Shown: positions 1 through 23,103 of the stretch, in pieces
How the letters are laid out: the number at the start of each line of letters is the position of its first letter
How positions within the stretch are numbered: the stretch's first letter is position 1
The notes under the pieces: model-generated
The model's input: the letters and a program-made list of their open reading frames with translations, nothing else
The model's database searches: none
Told to the model about the DNA's origin: nothing
Position numbers and translations under genes: made by a program
Assembly: GCA_033442325.1 (NCBI GenBank)
Contig: JAWQFM010000002.1
Coordinates: 861,865 to 925,864, forward strand
Length of the DNA stretch: 64,000 bases
Direction of reading: 5' to 3'
From: Salpingoeca rosetta
Taxonomy: Eukaryota; Protista; Choanoflagellata

Positions 1-55
<55 letters not shown>

Positions 56-121
56 AGACGGACAGACAGACACACACACACACACACACACAGACACAGA
101 CACACAGGCACACAGACACAC

Positions 122-356
122 CTCGACTTTGAGCTGTGCGCGGGCAATTGCCTGCTTCTCTTGCAAGATGCAGCGTTCTGCCGTCTGCAAGAGGATGTTT
201 CCCTCTGCCACAAACGCCCGCAGGCTCTGCAGGAGGGCAGTCACGTCCTGCTGCGCTTGCTTCACGGGCGCCTCTGCCGCCGCCAGGTCGCCCACGCCTG
301 AGGTGCACACACGCAGATACGCACGTGTGCACATTGTCAGAGCACGCGACACTTGG

Positions 357-391
<35 letters not shown>

Positions 392-1882
392 AGTGTGTGC
401 GTGTGTGTGTGTGTGTACAGTGTGTGTGTGTGTGTGTGTGACATGTGCATGCATGCAAGCAGTGATTGGTCATGTCACGGGCCAATGTGACTCACTGGTA
501 ATGTCCTTGATTGGCCTGTCGTCAAACACGGCTGGTGGGAGGGATCGAATCTTGGCCATGGCCGCGGCGAGCGAAGGAAACTGCTCCTCGTGGGCATCCA
601 CTTTCCCAAACAATTCGCGCTTCTGCAGCGGGGGCGTGGGTGGCGCGCATCGCGAAAGTGAATCAACAATACGTAAAGGGGCGAGACTTTAAAGCCACAC
701 CATCCACCCGCGTGCGTGCAGCAAGTGTTGTTACATTATTGATGCGCTGAAATGACACGCAGAAGTGTGCTGGCGGACATATGCAGTGACACGCAGAAGT
801 TTGCTGAGGTGATATGCAAACACACGTACACCCACAAACACACCACATACACACTCACACACACATCACATACACACATACACACGCTCACACTCACATC
901 ATACACACATGCACGCACATTGATTGGCTGGCCAAGGTCGACATCTTGCAAAGCGTCTGTGCTGACAGCAGGGCCGCTGCTGTTGGCGCTGGCCACGGGC
1001 TGTGATGAGCGGAGGCGCTTGCGCAGTTCATTCAGGAACTCAACAGGATACGCTGCACGGTCTTGCCAGATGGAAATGACCCGAATCAGCTGCTGTTGGC
1101 CCTTTGCATCAAGCACCCTGTGCAGGAGGCAAACGCACCGCGGGCGTGTGAGCGGCTGCAATGCAATTGGAAGGTTTGTGCTTGCCATGTTTTGGCCACC
1201 AACCGCAGCTCCAGCACACAGGCAGACAGGCAGACACAGAGGCACAGTCACAGACACTCAGACACACAGGCAGACTGACACACAGACACACACACACACA
1301 CACAGACTGATAGACAGACAGACAGACACACGCGCACGCACGCACATGCAGACAAACACGTGCGTGGAACTTACTTGTACACTTCGGGGAGCACGGTTGG
1401 AAGCACTGGCTGGAAGGCAGTGATGTAGGCCATGCCTTTCTTCCTGCCTTGGAGAATCACGTCATTGGCCAAGAAGATGAACTTGAGCTTCTGCTTTGTC
1501 GGCGCTGTTCACGGGCCAGCGCAGGCAGAAGGGAGAGAGACAGGGGCGACAGGGGAAGAGAGAGAGAGAGAGAGAGAGAGAAATGAGTCAGAGAGAGAAA
1601 TGAGAGAGAAATGAGTCAGAGAGAGAGAGAGGAAGGGAGTGTCAACAACTCGAGAAACAACTCGAGCGAACAACAACTCCACAAACAGCTTGAGCAACCA
1701 TTAAATCCCCCACCGCACACACACACACACTCACCTTGTTTGAGTTCTTGCTGCCACACTTTGACAATGTCGTCTGCGTGCTTGGAAAAGTGGAACAGCC
1801 AGAGCGAGAGCGATTGGATGCTGTCCTGGCTGGTCGACAGCGTCGACAGCTTGCGTATCAACGATGCCTTGTTTAATGACAT
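122..1882 (-). CDS. RPRD1/CREPT-like CTD-interacting-domain (CID) protein; multi-exon, 3' end runs off the window start
   Basis: Exon 1 [47 protein letters not shown] is a typical CID N-terminus. Later exons [19 protein letters not shown] and [19 protein letters not shown] match RPRD1 CID motifs; GT-AG introns. Confidence 0.85.
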
Positions 1883-2581
1883 GTCGCGTGTCCGTGTATT
1901 TTAAGTGTATGTGTGTGTGTGCGCGCTTATGTGTCTGTGTACAGTGAACAACAGGCGATGCTGTGTTAGTGGTGCAGCAGCAGCAGCAGCAGTTGATGGC
2001 TGCTGGAGTGCAGGCAAGAGCGAGAGAGGGGATGAGGGTGACAGAGGGTGTGAGCGTTGTCCTTCCTTCCCTTCTTTCCTTCTCTTTCTTTCTTCCTGCT
2101 GCTCGCTTGTCTGGCAGTACTGAAAAGTAGATGAAGATGTGGTCAATTATCGCCCACTGAGGCTTATTTTTGGTCGTGGGAAAGAAACAAGCGGTGAGAG
2201 ACAGAAAGGAGGAAAGGCAGAGGAGGAAGTGAGGAGAGTGGCTGGTTGGTGGGCTGACCCTCTTCTGGGCTTGTATGTGTTGTTGTGTTGTGTGTGGAGG
2301 AGACAAGAGACACCAGAGAGTGGGTGCGAAAAGTGCCACGACGCTCGCAACTCCAAGTCAACTACAACACCGCATTGCGTGTAACCCAGCAAAACACGCG
2401 ATCCATCCTTGTTTCCTTTGCATCTCTTTCCTCCTCACACGCACCTTTGACCACCTCCACTTTGTGCTTCGTGCACTTGTTGCCGCTCTGCAGGTTGTTG
2501 TGCTTGTACGTGAATGCACACGGGGATACGAAGCTAAAGTCTCATTGCAGCGCAGCGCATCGCATCACATCACAGCACATC

Positions 2582-3122
2582 ATGGGTGCGTTTCCTTGGG
2601 CTTTCTGGAGTGGAGGCGACTGAACGTGTGAGTGTCATTGCCCCTTCTCCACGACGTGGTCGTGACTCAAACGTGGATGTGTGACCCGTTGTGTTGGTGG
2701 CTTGCGCAGGTGGGTTCTTCTCGTCTGTGTTCTCCCGCCTGTTTGGCGAGAAGGAGAGGCGCATCTTGATTTTGGGATTGGACGGTGCCGGCAAGACAAC
2801 CATCCTGTACAGACTGCAAGTCGGCGAAGTTGTGTCCACCATCCCAAGTACGGTTTGTGTCCACGTGGCACCTTGGTGTTCTGTGCCGTTGCTTCACTGC
2901 GCCTCACACCAAACCCCAGGACTCGTGACATAAGGATGACAAGCTACACTCATGCCCAATCGCTGCATGTGTTTGTGTGGTGGGGTTGGTGACGTCGTAT
3001 TGCTCATGTTGTCATGCTACTTTGTTGTCCACAGCCATTGGATTCAACGTGGAGACAGTCACATTCAAGAACCTCAAGTTCCAAGGTAACTGTTATGGGT
3101 GCACGGCTTCCATATGTGGTGT

Positions 3123-3198
<76 letters not shown>

Positions 3199-3643
3199 AC
3201 CGTATGACTGCATGGGGCTGTTGTGCTGCATTCCCTCGATGCCTTCTGCATCTCATTCATGCTGCCTGCCAACCTGACGTGTTCCGATACCAGTTTGGGA
3301 TCTTGGCGGACAAACTAGCATTCGGTACGGTCACACATGCGCGCTCTGGGTGTGTCTGCGAACGCACGTCAGCGCTTCTTCGCTTTTCATCCCGGCGCAA
3401 CCTTTGGATCGTGTTCGAGTGCGCATACACGCACACACACGCACACACCCCAACGTAACCACGCATGACCCAACACCACGCACATCCACGCATCCATAAC
3501 CGCGTGTGTATCCTTCTGTTTTCTTTATCAGGCCATACTGGCGGTGTTACTACAGCAACACAGATGCCATCATCTACGTGGTGGACAGTTCAGACAAAGA
3601 GCGCATGGGCATCTCCAAATCAGAGCTTCTCTCCATGCTTGAG

Positions 3644-3674
<31 letters not shown>

Positions 3675-4187
3675 TGTTGTATGCGTGTGCGTGGGTGTGT
3701 GCAAGTGCAAGTGCGCGTCTGGAAACAGATGTTGTGCGCGTGCACCCAACTTTTCCTCCTTTGATGGCCTCTCACGTACTTGGCCTTTCATCTTCGCTTT
3801 GTCCTGTCCTGTTCGCAGGAGGAAGAGCTGAAGGATGCCGTGCTCCTCGTCATGGCAAACAAACAGGTACACATGTGTGTCTGAATGTATGTGTGTGTAT
3901 GTGTGTACTTCCTTCCATATGTGTGCATGTGTGTGTGTGTGTTATGTGGCTGATTGCCCCAAGTTCACCACCGCTCTCTGCGCCATGCCTCCCGACTCCT
4001 TCCTCACCCCCTGGCCATCATCGCCGTCACGTGTGTGCAGGATCTGCCTGGTGCGTTGAGTCCGGCAAAGGTGTCTGAGGCGCTTGGGCTGCAGGCCCTG
4101 CGCAACCGCACGTGGAGCATATTCAAGACCTCCGCAACAAAGGGCGAGGGGCTCAACGAGGCCATGGAGTGGTGCGTGCTTTGTGCC

Positions 4188-4251
<64 letters not shown>

Positions 4252-4420
4252 CACGCGAAAGACATGTGCGTGAGGAGAGCTGTTGTTGATGTGTTGACGC
4301 GTGTCGTGGTGTGAGTTTGCGCAGAAGCGTTGGCTTTCATGTGCCTCACCATCAAATGCCTGTTGATGATCATCGTTACATGGCTGGTTCAGGCTCGTTG
4401 AAGCGGTGACAAGCAAGTAA
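2582..4420 (+). CDS. ARL1: ADP-ribosylation factor-like GTPase 1 (multi-exon; first coding exon is ATGG only)
   Basis: Spliced product [56 protein letters not shown]...[31 protein letters not shown]...ANKQDLPGA...[24 protein letters not shown]; all Arf G-boxes present. Confidence 0.95.
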
Positions 4421-4816
4421 CCGTGACCGACTTTGCGCACCTTGTGTGCACCGTGCGCACACTTCAAGCTCACCGCCACGGCTGCACTTCAACCACCTCC
4501 TCATCCGGCACCATCAGCATCCCCAGCGACCCCTCCATTCACCAAAGGCATCATCCCCACTGATCACGCCTCAACTTCTTTCACCCTTCACCTTCCACAT
4601 CCACCTTGCACCCTCCCTCTGTTCATTGCTCACCACAGCAGTTGCCTCTCCGGTTGTTCTTAGTCCCCTCTTCTTCAGCGCTACGCGTCGTGTTTGTGTT
4701 GTCAAGTCGTTTGTTTGTATTATGTAGCATGCATCACTGCCAAGCTGTAGCAGTGTACATGTGTGTGTGTATGTGTGTCATCTACATCCTCGCTTTTCGA
4801 GGACACGCAACGTATA

Positions 4817-4850
<34 letters not shown>

Positions 4851-5312
4851 GGCGTGATTCTCCAAAGAAAGAGCAAGATCCAACTAATTGGTTGACCAAC
4901 GCGAACGAGTGCAGAGGGAGCGCGTGGTGATGGCAACAAACTCAACAACACGTTATGAAACCAGTGTGGTCGTCATCGCAAAACAAAATGTAATAGACGT
5001 GAAAACACACTGTTGCTCATGACAAAATGCATTCACACTTGCACACACACACACACGCACACACGCACACATAAGAATAACTATCACAACGACCGTACTC
5101 ACTCTCGTAATACCACAATACCACGACACGCACACACACACACTTGTACCCACACACAAATGCACACTNNNNNNNNNNNNNNNNNNNNNNNNNNNNNNNN
5201 NNNNNNNNNNNNNNNNNNNNNNNNNNNNNNNNNNNNNNNNNNNNNNNNNNNNNNNNNNNNNNNNNNNNTCAAGCCCCCCCCCCCCCCCTCTCTCTCAAAC
5301 AAGTCCGGGACC

Positions 5313-6159
5313 TCAAGCGCTGCCCTCGATGGAGACGGAGATGCGACTTGCCGCTGCCGGACTGACGGCCCCAATGTCCTGCACCTGCGAATCATCAGAT
5401 CGCAACAGCGGCCGACGCTCCTCCCATTCATCGTCGTCATCGTCGTCGTCGTCGTCACCATAGCCGTTGATGGCACCCTGTACAGTCACACGATCTTCAT
5501 CCTCCCCCTCTACACCACCACCACCACCGCCATCAGTGTTCACGTGCTTCTTTGCTTCGGACCGCGCAAGGGCCTCCACGACCAGCTTGTCCCACTTGGA
5601 CGCCATGATCACGCCGACGCAGATGAGGGTGAGCGCAGAGTAGCCCAGGGCAACGCCAAGATACAGCCCGCGCATGCTGCGCTCCCAATAGTGGACGAGG
5701 AGGAAGGACGCTGGGACGTGCACACCCCACGAGGCGATGGTGGTGCTGATGGCAACGGCCCGCGTCCTGCCCTGCGCCACCATGATAGCCTCCATGGTAT
5801 CCGAGATGGACATGGTGAAGATGGTGATGGCGAGGAAGAGGCGGATGTCGTAGAAGAGATCAAGCACCGTCTCGTCAGCAGTGAAGATGGACCCAATCTG
5901 CTTTGGGATGAAGAACACCAGCGTTGCCAGCGAGAACGACGTGATGCCTGCAAGCAGCGTTCCCATCCACGTTGCGTAAAACGCCCTTTTCCCCTGTGCT
6001 GCACCAAGATGGATGCCTTGGCACCATGGACATGCATGAGTGAATTTGTGTGTGAGTTTGTGTGTGTGTGTGTGCGTGTGTGTGTATGTGTGTGTGTGTG
6101 TGTGCGTGCGTGTGTGCGTGCGTGTGTGCGTGCGTGTGTGTGCGTGTGTGTGTGCGCGC

Positions 6160-6218
<59 letters not shown>

Positions 6219-7683
6219 TGTGTGTGAATGAGCGTTGTGCGCATGTTCAAAATCAAAGCGAAAACCCCGCCTTCAGTTCACAGCAGCACCAAGCCATTGT
6301 CAAACAAAAAGCACTTGGTGGTTGGAGCTCACCTGTGCGGATGCTGGTGGCCTGCCCGATGGCCACAGAGAACTGATGCACAATATAGATAATCTGTGCA
6401 CGAGCGGTAATCAGGGCATGAGCATTTAGAAGGGATGTGGGGGCAGTGCGGATGGCGATGGTTCCAGGACAGGATGGCACGCCCACGTGACACGGAATGT
6501 TCACACACAGAACCGCAGAGACACAGGGATGACCCCACAGGAGTGCAAAAACAGCACAAGCAATGCAAAGCGTACGCACATGCACACAAGCACACACAAG
6601 CACACACACACACACACACATACACACACACACACACACCTTGTAGGATGCGTTGAATGCGGCGACATCGGTGTCTCCAAGAGAGGCGGCAAGGACGCCG
6701 ATGAGATCCATGCGCCAAAACTCAGACCCGTACATGAGAATGGCAGGCAAGTACAGGGCAAGGTAGCGCTTGCATCGCTTCCATGTGACCTCATGCCAGT
6801 GGAAGCCGAACCATGTCGGGCGATGGAGTTTCTTCCACAAGATGTAGATGCCGATGAGGAGGAAGGCCTGCAGCCACTGGGCACTGGCGGTGACGAGCGG
6901 GCAACCAATGAAACCCACACCACTGAAGCCTTTGATACCCACACCGAGGACGAGGAAGATGTTCATGAGCAGGTTGTACGCAAAGGAGATGACCGCTACA
7001 ACGACGCCCGGCCGCACAATCTGCTGCGCCTGGAAGTACGAGGACACCTGGGTAAATGTCACCTGGGCTGGGATGGACGCAGACAGGATGCCTGAGTACA
7101 GGCTGGCGTTACGGTTGATGGGCCCCGTTTTGTGGAAGGCCTCCAGCACATACGTGGTCAGGTTCCACGATATGATGACGGGAATGGCAAAGAGGCCGAC
7201 AATGACCAGCGAGACGTTGAGCCAAATGCCGACGAGGCGGTAGTTCTTGGCACCCCACGCCTGGCCGCAAAACGTGGACAGGACACGACCGCCGATGAGG
7301 AAAGCCGTCGCAGTTGTGTAGATGTCCGATAGCGATGCTGCTGACAGGTAGTCTGTGCCGACGTGGCCGAGCACGGCTGTGTCGGTCACCTTCATGCCCA
7401 CCCAAGAGCACACTGCCACAAAGATGGGCAGGGACAGCAGCAGAATCGTTCGCGTCTCACCGGCGACACTCCAAGACTCACCATTGTCATCGTCGCCGTT
7501 GCCATTGCCATTGCCGCCACCATCATCACCACCACTTCTCTGCTTCTCAACATCGGCTTTGCTTGCATTCACAGAGGCCGAAGCAACAAACCCTCCACCG
7601 CCATCATCACCTGCATCATCATCACCATCACCATCATCATTGTTTGGCTGCAACAGCCGCTGCCGCTCTTCGTCATCTGCCAT
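5313..7683 (-). CDS. MATE-family (multidrug and toxin extrusion) transporter, 3 exons
   Basis: Multiple TM helices with MATE motifs (VTDTAVLGHVGTDYLSAASL, TFCGQAWGAKNYRLVG, GVGFIGCPL, SIRTGIHLGA, GLYLGVALG). Confidence 0.9.
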
Positions 7684-7902
7684 GACCCGCGATGCGATTG
7701 TAGAAATTTAATGAAAATCATCACAGGAACGACGCAGGACTGCATGTTGTGTGCATGTCTGTCTCTCTGTCTCTGTCTCTGTCTCTGTGTCTCTCTCTCG
7801 CTTCCTCCTTGACTCGCTTCCCTCACCTCGGCCCAAGTCTGATGAGCAGGCATAGGCGCTTGTTCAATGCGACGTTTACTCGAATCAGCAGGTGGCAGGC
7901 TG

Positions 7903-12754
<4,852 letters not shown>

Positions 12755-12827
12755 ATCTGGTGGCGGCGGCAGTTGTAGAAAAGTGTTAACATGACAGCCA
12801 TTTGTCTACAGGACACAGCAAGCAAGC

Positions 12828-13906
<1,079 letters not shown>

Positions 13907-14279
13907 GAGGAAGTGGCTGTGTCTGTGTGTGTGTGTGTGTGTGAGTGTGTGTGTGTGTGTGTGCATGTGTGTGTATGCGTGTGTGTGTTTTTATGAATCG
14001 TGTGCACGGGCGCGCTACCTGCTACTCTTCCCTCTCGCCGTTGCTTGCTTGCCCCATGTTACCCTTAGTCCTGGTGTACTGCTCAACGTGACTGTGGTGC
14101 ACAGCGCATCGCGCAAACGTGCAACACCACACGCATGCAGTTTGAAGCGTAACGATATAACCTGGCCTCTTAACGCCTTGTCGCCTTCCGAGCACATACC
14201 CAGACAAGTTACATCAACACGCAAACACACATAACACACACGAAACACTTGCATGCAACAAACGACTGACACACGACAG

Positions 14280-14362
<83 letters not shown>

Positions 14363-14536
14363 CNNNNNNNNNNNNNNNNNNNNNNNNNNNNNNNNNNNNN
14401 NNNNNNNNNNNNNNNNNNNNNNNNNNNNNNNNNNNNNNNNNNNNNNNNNNNNNNNNNNNNNNNNNNNNNNNNNNNNNNNNNNNNNNNNNNNNNNNNNNNN
14501 NNNNNNNNNNNNNNNNNNNNNNNNNNNNACACACAC

Positions 14537-14579
<43 letters not shown>

Positions 14580-14614
14580 AATAGCAGCAGCAGTAGCACC
14601 CGGTTCATTCGCAC

Positions 14615-15014
14615 CTGGGCCTTTGTCCAGCTCAAAGACGGTGAAGGGAACGTTGCGTTCAGAGAAGATGTCTTTGGCACCGGAACAGAAGGGGCAGTAC
14701 AAGGCTGAGAAGACCACCACCTTCTCGCTGCCAACCACGTTGCGAATCAGGGATGAAGCTGTCTCCACATCGTCCACCACCGCCGTTGCATTGCCAGCAT
14801 CCCTGCTGCTGCTGGTGCTCATGGCGCGGTGCCTGGGTACAGCGGTCGGCTGCTGCGACACCGCCGCGCCCGTGGCGGCCAGCACGCTCGCCAGCGCTGT
14901 CTGTGGCCGAGCCAGGCGCAGCGTCATCGCCGCACCAGCCCGGCAAGGGGGCAGCAGCACCGTCAAGCGTGGAGCCGCCACGCGTGCGCTCGCGAGCAAC
15001 CTTGCAGCCATCAT
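14615..15014 (-). CDS. Dithiol glutaredoxin (GRX2-like) with probable mitochondrial presequence; only exon 1 visible
   Basis: Arg/Ala-rich N-terminus followed by KVVVFSALYCPFCSGAKDIFSERNVPFTVFELDK; the C-terminal exon probably lies in gap 14364-14528. Confidence 0.8.
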
Positions 15015-15321
15015 CGTCAACAGTTGCGTGTCTTGTTGTTGTGCTTCAATTTGTTCTGGACACGTGGGTTTTGTTTTGGTTTCACATCAATGCGCGCGCG
15101 CGTGTGTGTGAATGAATGAGTGATGATGATGATGGTGGTGGTGGTGGTGGTGGTGTCGGCAGCAATGAAGATTGGTGACGGTGATGTGGCGTGTTGCGAC
15201 GCAAAGCTCCTCGCGCTCGTGCTGCCTGCTGCCGGCGTGAGTTTACTGCAGGGATATTGTGTAATGTGTTCATGTCCCTCCGCATCAAGCATGTCACACA
15301 AGAAACAGTGGCTACACACGG

Positions 15322-17378
<2,057 letters not shown>

Positions 17379-17495
17379 TGTCGTGCTCGCTCAGTGGTTG
17401 CTTGTTGTGCACAGCACAACATTCATTCACAGGAGGAAGAGAAGAAGAAGAGAGAAAAAAAAAAGCAGCAAGGACAACCAAGACGACACACGACA

Positions 17496-17636
17496 ATGGG
17501 CGAAGTTGTTGGTGAGTTGGAACGTGTGGCCTTCCGTTGCAGTGCAGACAAGGCGTGGCGCTGCTCTCGTGTGTGTGTGTGTGTGTATGTCCGTCTGTCT
17601 GTCTGTCTGACTGTTTGACTGTCTGACTGTCTGCCC

Positions 17637-17716
<80 letters not shown>

Positions 17717-18718
17717 TGCTTTCTGCACCCGTGCCACCACGTCTCTGTTGCCTCATGGCTGTGTGTGTGTGTGTGTGGCGCTTGTAGTTCCCCGCAACTT
17801 TCACCTCCTCGCGGAGCTGGAGAGCGGTGAGAAAGGACATGGCAATGGCATGGTGACATGGGGCCTGGACCGCGACGACGACCCTCTTCTGCACTACTGG
17901 AGGGGAATGATCATCGGCCTCGACCACGTACGTGTCTGTCTGTGTCTGTGCCTGTGTCTGTGTCTGTGTCTGTGTCTGTGTCTGTGTCTGTGTCTGTCTG
18001 TATCTATGTCTCTATCCGTGTCTGTGTCTGTGCCTTGTGCCCTGTGCTCTGCGCACGACTGCAAGTGCATGCATTCCGCTGACTTGCTCCTTGCACCGCA
18101 CTGTGCCATGGTCACTCACCCCTCCTTGCCTTGTTCCCCCTCCCCACGCAAACACAGACGGTGTTCCAAGAGAACATGTATTCTGTGAAGATCTACTGCT
18201 CCGACGCGTACCCAGATGTGCCGCCACAAATCACCTTCGAGACGCCAATCAAGATGGACTGTGTTGATGCCAGCATGCAAGTGATTCCCGCAAAGGTTCC
18301 CGTCATGGCCAACTGGCGCCGCACCAACACCATGTACGACGCTCTCCAGGACATTCGCAGGTACGTGTGTGTGTGTGTGTGTGTCTGTGTGTGTGTGTGT
18401 CTGTATGCGTGCACCTGTGTGTGTGTGTGTGTCTGTATGCGTGCACCTGTGTGTGTGTGTGTGTATGTATGCGTGCACCTGTGTGTGTGTCTGTCTGTCT
18501 GTCTGTCTGTGTGTGCGTCTGTCTGTCCATCTGTCTGCATGCCTATGCCTGTCTGTGCACATGTGCAGGGCTGTGCGCACCGGTGTGTCCCTCTGCTTCT
18601 CAACGTCCCTCCTACCCCCCCCTTCCCCAATTGACATGCACCGCGCGCCATGCGACGCACCACACCAACACATAGGTTGATGGGAAGCAGTGCAAACCGC
18701 AAGACCAAGCAACCTTGA
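17496..18718 (+). CDS. UBE2V: Ubiquitin-conjugating enzyme E2 variant (MMS2/UEV1), 4 exons
   Basis: [80 protein letters not shown]. Confidence 0.92.
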
Positions 18719-19863
18719 CGTCCCCTTTCTCCTCCCTCCCAATGGATGTGCCAGCTAACTGTCGCCTGTTCTGTTGCTGCTTTCTTTCTGATGTGAACAC
18801 ACGCAACGACCCTCCCGCACACGGTTCTCTTGTTTGTTCATCGACCATGCTTATAAACCAATCCGCATCATCGCACAGCACGCCCTGTTTGTTGTTTGTC
18901 AACTTCCAACCCTCCATATCCCATTGTTCCTTGTGCCACTTCACCAAAAGAACCCTTCACCACCATCATAAAGCAGGATGACTGTTATTGGTTGTCTGTC
19001 GTAGTATGTATGTAATGTCGTCAATCACAAGCAAGAGAGAGAGAAAGAGGGGAGAAAGACACCTAGAACACGCACACACACACACACAACACGCACGAAC
19101 ACACATGCACAAACATGCAAGGGCACAAACAAACCCAATCCAACAGGCATCCGCTGGTCGGGTTCGAAGTCAAAGGGCGCATACGGCATTGGTCGAGCCA
19201 CCACAACACGCACGAGGCAAGCGGGGCTGGGCGACGCGCACATGCTCACACGCACACAAAGGAAGGAGGGGAAAGCAGGCGGGGTTGAGGGTGAGGGAGG
19301 TCTCAAGCCGCACCGCTACAAAAGGAACCAAACATCAACCCAACCCAGGCCACCCACCGCCTCAATGGCAGCACAGGGGCTGCGAGTGAAATGTGCAGCT
19401 GCATGTGTGGCCGTATTGTGGGGCATCAAGGGAGGAGAGAGAAGCATGGGAAGTAAGGGGGTGCATACATGCTTGCGAACTGGCTAACTGGCTAAGACGC
19501 ATGAGAACAGCTGCGAAAGAAGAACAGGCAACGCCATTGTAGGGCCTTGCCTCGCACAGACAACACACACACAGCACACAGCACACAAGCACACAACACA
19601 CAAGCAAAAGCAAAAGCGCGCACAAACACACACATCCACACACAGGCACGAGCGCACGGAAAAGGAAGGGCATATGCGCCCGACCGAAACGGAGGAAAGG
19701 TGGAGCGAGTAAAGCAGAATTAAAGCAAGCTGGAGCGAGAAAGGCAAGAAAGGAGGGGGGGGGCAAGTATGATGATCATCCTGAGTCAACAAAGGGGGGA
19801 AGGGAGGCTTGCGGGCCTGAAGCGACACTCGAGTATCAGTTTCAGTCAAGCCAGCTTGTTGGT

Positions 19864-21124
19864 TCACTTGTTGAAGTAGAAGTACGCAACACCGGCACCG
19901 GCAACAACCGCGGCGAGCGCAACGTAGAGGAACCTGTTCCAACAGCACAAGAGAAACCAAAGGGCGTGCATGCGTGCGTGCGTGTGCGAGAGTGAGCGCG
20001 ACAGATGAGAAAGGCGAGACAAGGTGGAATGGGAAGAGACATGAGTTGTGCCTTGGCGGAGAACAAGACAAGGCAAAACGACGTTGTGTAGCACGAACAG
20101 CAAGGCAAGAACGAGAACGAACATGAGTTCGCGTGTGGTGTTTGTTACTGCTGCACGCACCAAGATCCATCGCTCGAGGCCTGGGCGCGGGATGGTGCCT
20201 GTGGTGCGATGTTCTGCGACAACAGCGTATGAAAGCAAATGCAGTGGCCAAACGTGTGTGTACGTGAGAGTGAGAGAGAAAGTGAGTGAAAGCGCAGCCA
20301 GAGAGTATTGTTGTTGTTGTTGTTGTCGTCGTTGTTGTTGTATGGTGTGATATGCTGACGTCGCATGGTGCGTGCTGCGAAAGTGTCGAGGTGTACGCAT
20401 GCATGCAAGCTTTGAGCGGATGCTGGCAGTTGGTTGGCAAGGGGTGGGCCGAAATGAAATTCAACGAACCGATTCTGTGGCGGCCTGGCCCTTCTCATCT
20501 GCAGGAAGCTCGCCAATGACAAAGTCACTGAGTTGCTCGCGGGCATCCTCGCTGTGACCAACATCCTCGAAACCCTCGGAGGCGTCCTTGCCTGCAAGAT
20601 ACCAGCCAGCACACGTTGAACCGGGGTCCATGAGTCACAGCAAGCGAAGCAAAGAGTACAGATAGCACGTGCATCGGAGCATCAACAAGCAAAGCAACAA
20701 GGAGCCAGCAGAAACACAAAGCAAGCTCCAGTCATACCTGCGTAGTCCATCATGACTTCCTCACCACCAGGGTGCTGCCAAGGACAACACAAGAATGTCA
20801 TGTATGGTGAGTGCAAGTTCGGGGGATCGCTGGGCCCCATACACACACACACACACACATACACACGCATACACACGAAGCACAAACACACACACGCACA
20901 CACACACACGCACGCACACACACACGCACGCACACACACACACAAAGCGACAGCGATGGCAGTGGAAGGCAGGCAGGCAAGGTCCTTGTCATGCACACAC
21001 GCCTTCTTGCACGCACCTCGATAAGAAACTTGGTGACATCGTACACCTTGTCGTGGATGACCATGTAGCACGACTCGTTGGTGTTGTGCTTGGCGACCTC
21101 GGCATAGGAGATGGTCTTGGACAT
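19864..21124 (-). CDS. CYB5: Cytochrome b5, tail-anchored, 5 exons
   Basis: [41 protein letters not shown] contains both haem-ligand His; C-terminal [25 protein letters not shown]. Confidence 0.95.
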
Positions 21125-21743
21125 GGTGGCAGGTGTGGTTGTGGGAAGGGAAGGTGGTGGTTGGTGCTGGTTGGTGTGCTTGGCGGCTTGGATATGCTGG
21201 CTGGTGTCCACACGTGGTGTTTTGTGGTTGCTGCTTGTTGCTCCTTCTTCTTCTTTGGCTTGCTTGGCTTGCTGGTGTTTTGCCCGCACAAGCTGTGCTT
21301 TTTGAGCAGTCACGCAGATGGTGGGTTTCCCCGGAAATTTTATGCTCCAAACCATTCCAAACACCACAAAATGTAGCAAGTGCGACGCCAGCAGCGTTTG
21401 CGCTTGCGTGATGGTTGGTGGTGGTGTGTGGGGTGATGTGTTAATGATGCCATGATGCAAACGAATGATGGTGGGGGCGCTTGTTGTTGTTGTTGTTGTG
21501 ATGTGATAAGATGTGACAATGACCTGCAGCACTTGAAATTGTGTGACGTGTGACACTTCACTTGATCAACAGAGTGTTTACTGAGAGTCGTGTGTGTTGG
21601 TTGGCACGAAGGAGAGATGATATGACATGACGGTGTCATCATCCGGAATTAAACCACACGGGCAAAGGCCCTGGCATGGTGAACACAGCAGCAATGCACG
21701 CATGGATGTGTGCACGCACAAGCACATGAGCGTGGACGTGGTT

Positions 21744-23045
21744 TTAGTCGACGCGCACGCGAGCAGGCAGGACCTTGCCAGAGCACTGGCCAAAGCCAAC
21801 GCGGTAGCCATCGCCTGCAAAGGGGAAACAAAACATGTAAGATGTGTATGGGTGTTGAGAACGGGGGTGGAGGGCGCAGGTGAGTTTGTTCAGGAACACA
21901 GAGAGAGGCGAGGGGAAACACACGCACGCACAACACCACATCACGCACAACACCACACACACCACATCACGCACAACACCACGTCACACACACAACAGGA
22001 CACCCGCAACACGACACACCACACCACACACAACACCACACACATACCCTGGCAGTGGCCTGCGAGGACAACGGTGTCGCCGTCCTTGAGGAACTTGCGC
22101 TTCTCGCCATCGCCAACATCAAGCTCCTTGGTGCCCTTCCACGACAGCTCAATCATGGAGCCATACGCGGACGGGTCCTGTGAACCAAAACATGGTGACA
22201 AGGGAGGAGAAGAGGGCATCGTCAAGTGGGCCGTCACAAAGTACGCGGGAGAAGGGGGTGCAGTGATCAAACATGACTACCAACATGCACATGCACACGC
22301 ACAACACACACACACACACAACACACACACACAAAACACACACACACACAAAACACACATACACACACACAAAACACACACAAAACACACACACACACAC
22401 GCACAGCACACACATACACAAACACACACAAACACGTACGGTGCCGCTGATGGTGCCAGAGCCCATGAGGTCGCCTGGGCGAACGTTGCAGCCCGTGATG
22501 GTGTGGTGGGCAAGCTGCTGCTTCATCGTCCAGTACATGTGCTGCTCGCGCACGCATGGAGATGATGGCGAGAACGGTAACAGGCAAGGTGAAACGCAAG
22601 GGGGGAGCAAGGAAGGAGGTGAGTGCGTGGGAGTGCACGTCGGCGGCAGAGGGCAAAAAGTGATCGAAACAGAGTGAAGCCAAGTGGGAGGTGAGTCGAG
22701 GAAGAAGGTTGGGAGGACGAGTGACGCCAGGCATGCAACCGCATGCATCCAGGAAGGTGCTGCGAACCTTGAAGTTGGTGTTGGCAACCACCTTGCCGCT
22801 GCCGCCCTCGGCTGCACAATAGGCACGACAAGATGAACACGGTAGCCAGTCAGCAGCAAGCTTCAACACGAGGGGAACCTTACATCCTCAACAACAAGTG
22901 CGGAGCTGAACCCCATCAAGCGGTCTCTCTCATCCACACCTCACACTCCAACCACCATCACTCACGGACGATCTTGACAGAGAGCTTGATGTCAAACGAG
23001 TAGGGGTCGTCGTGCTTCAGATAAGGCAGGGGAGCGGGCTCCTGT

Positions 23046-23103
<58 letters not shown>

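Noticed and set aside
14010-14614. Glutaredoxin as a truncated pseudogene
   Set aside because: A 165-N gap lies where the missing ~55 codons would be, so the truncation cannot be called biological.
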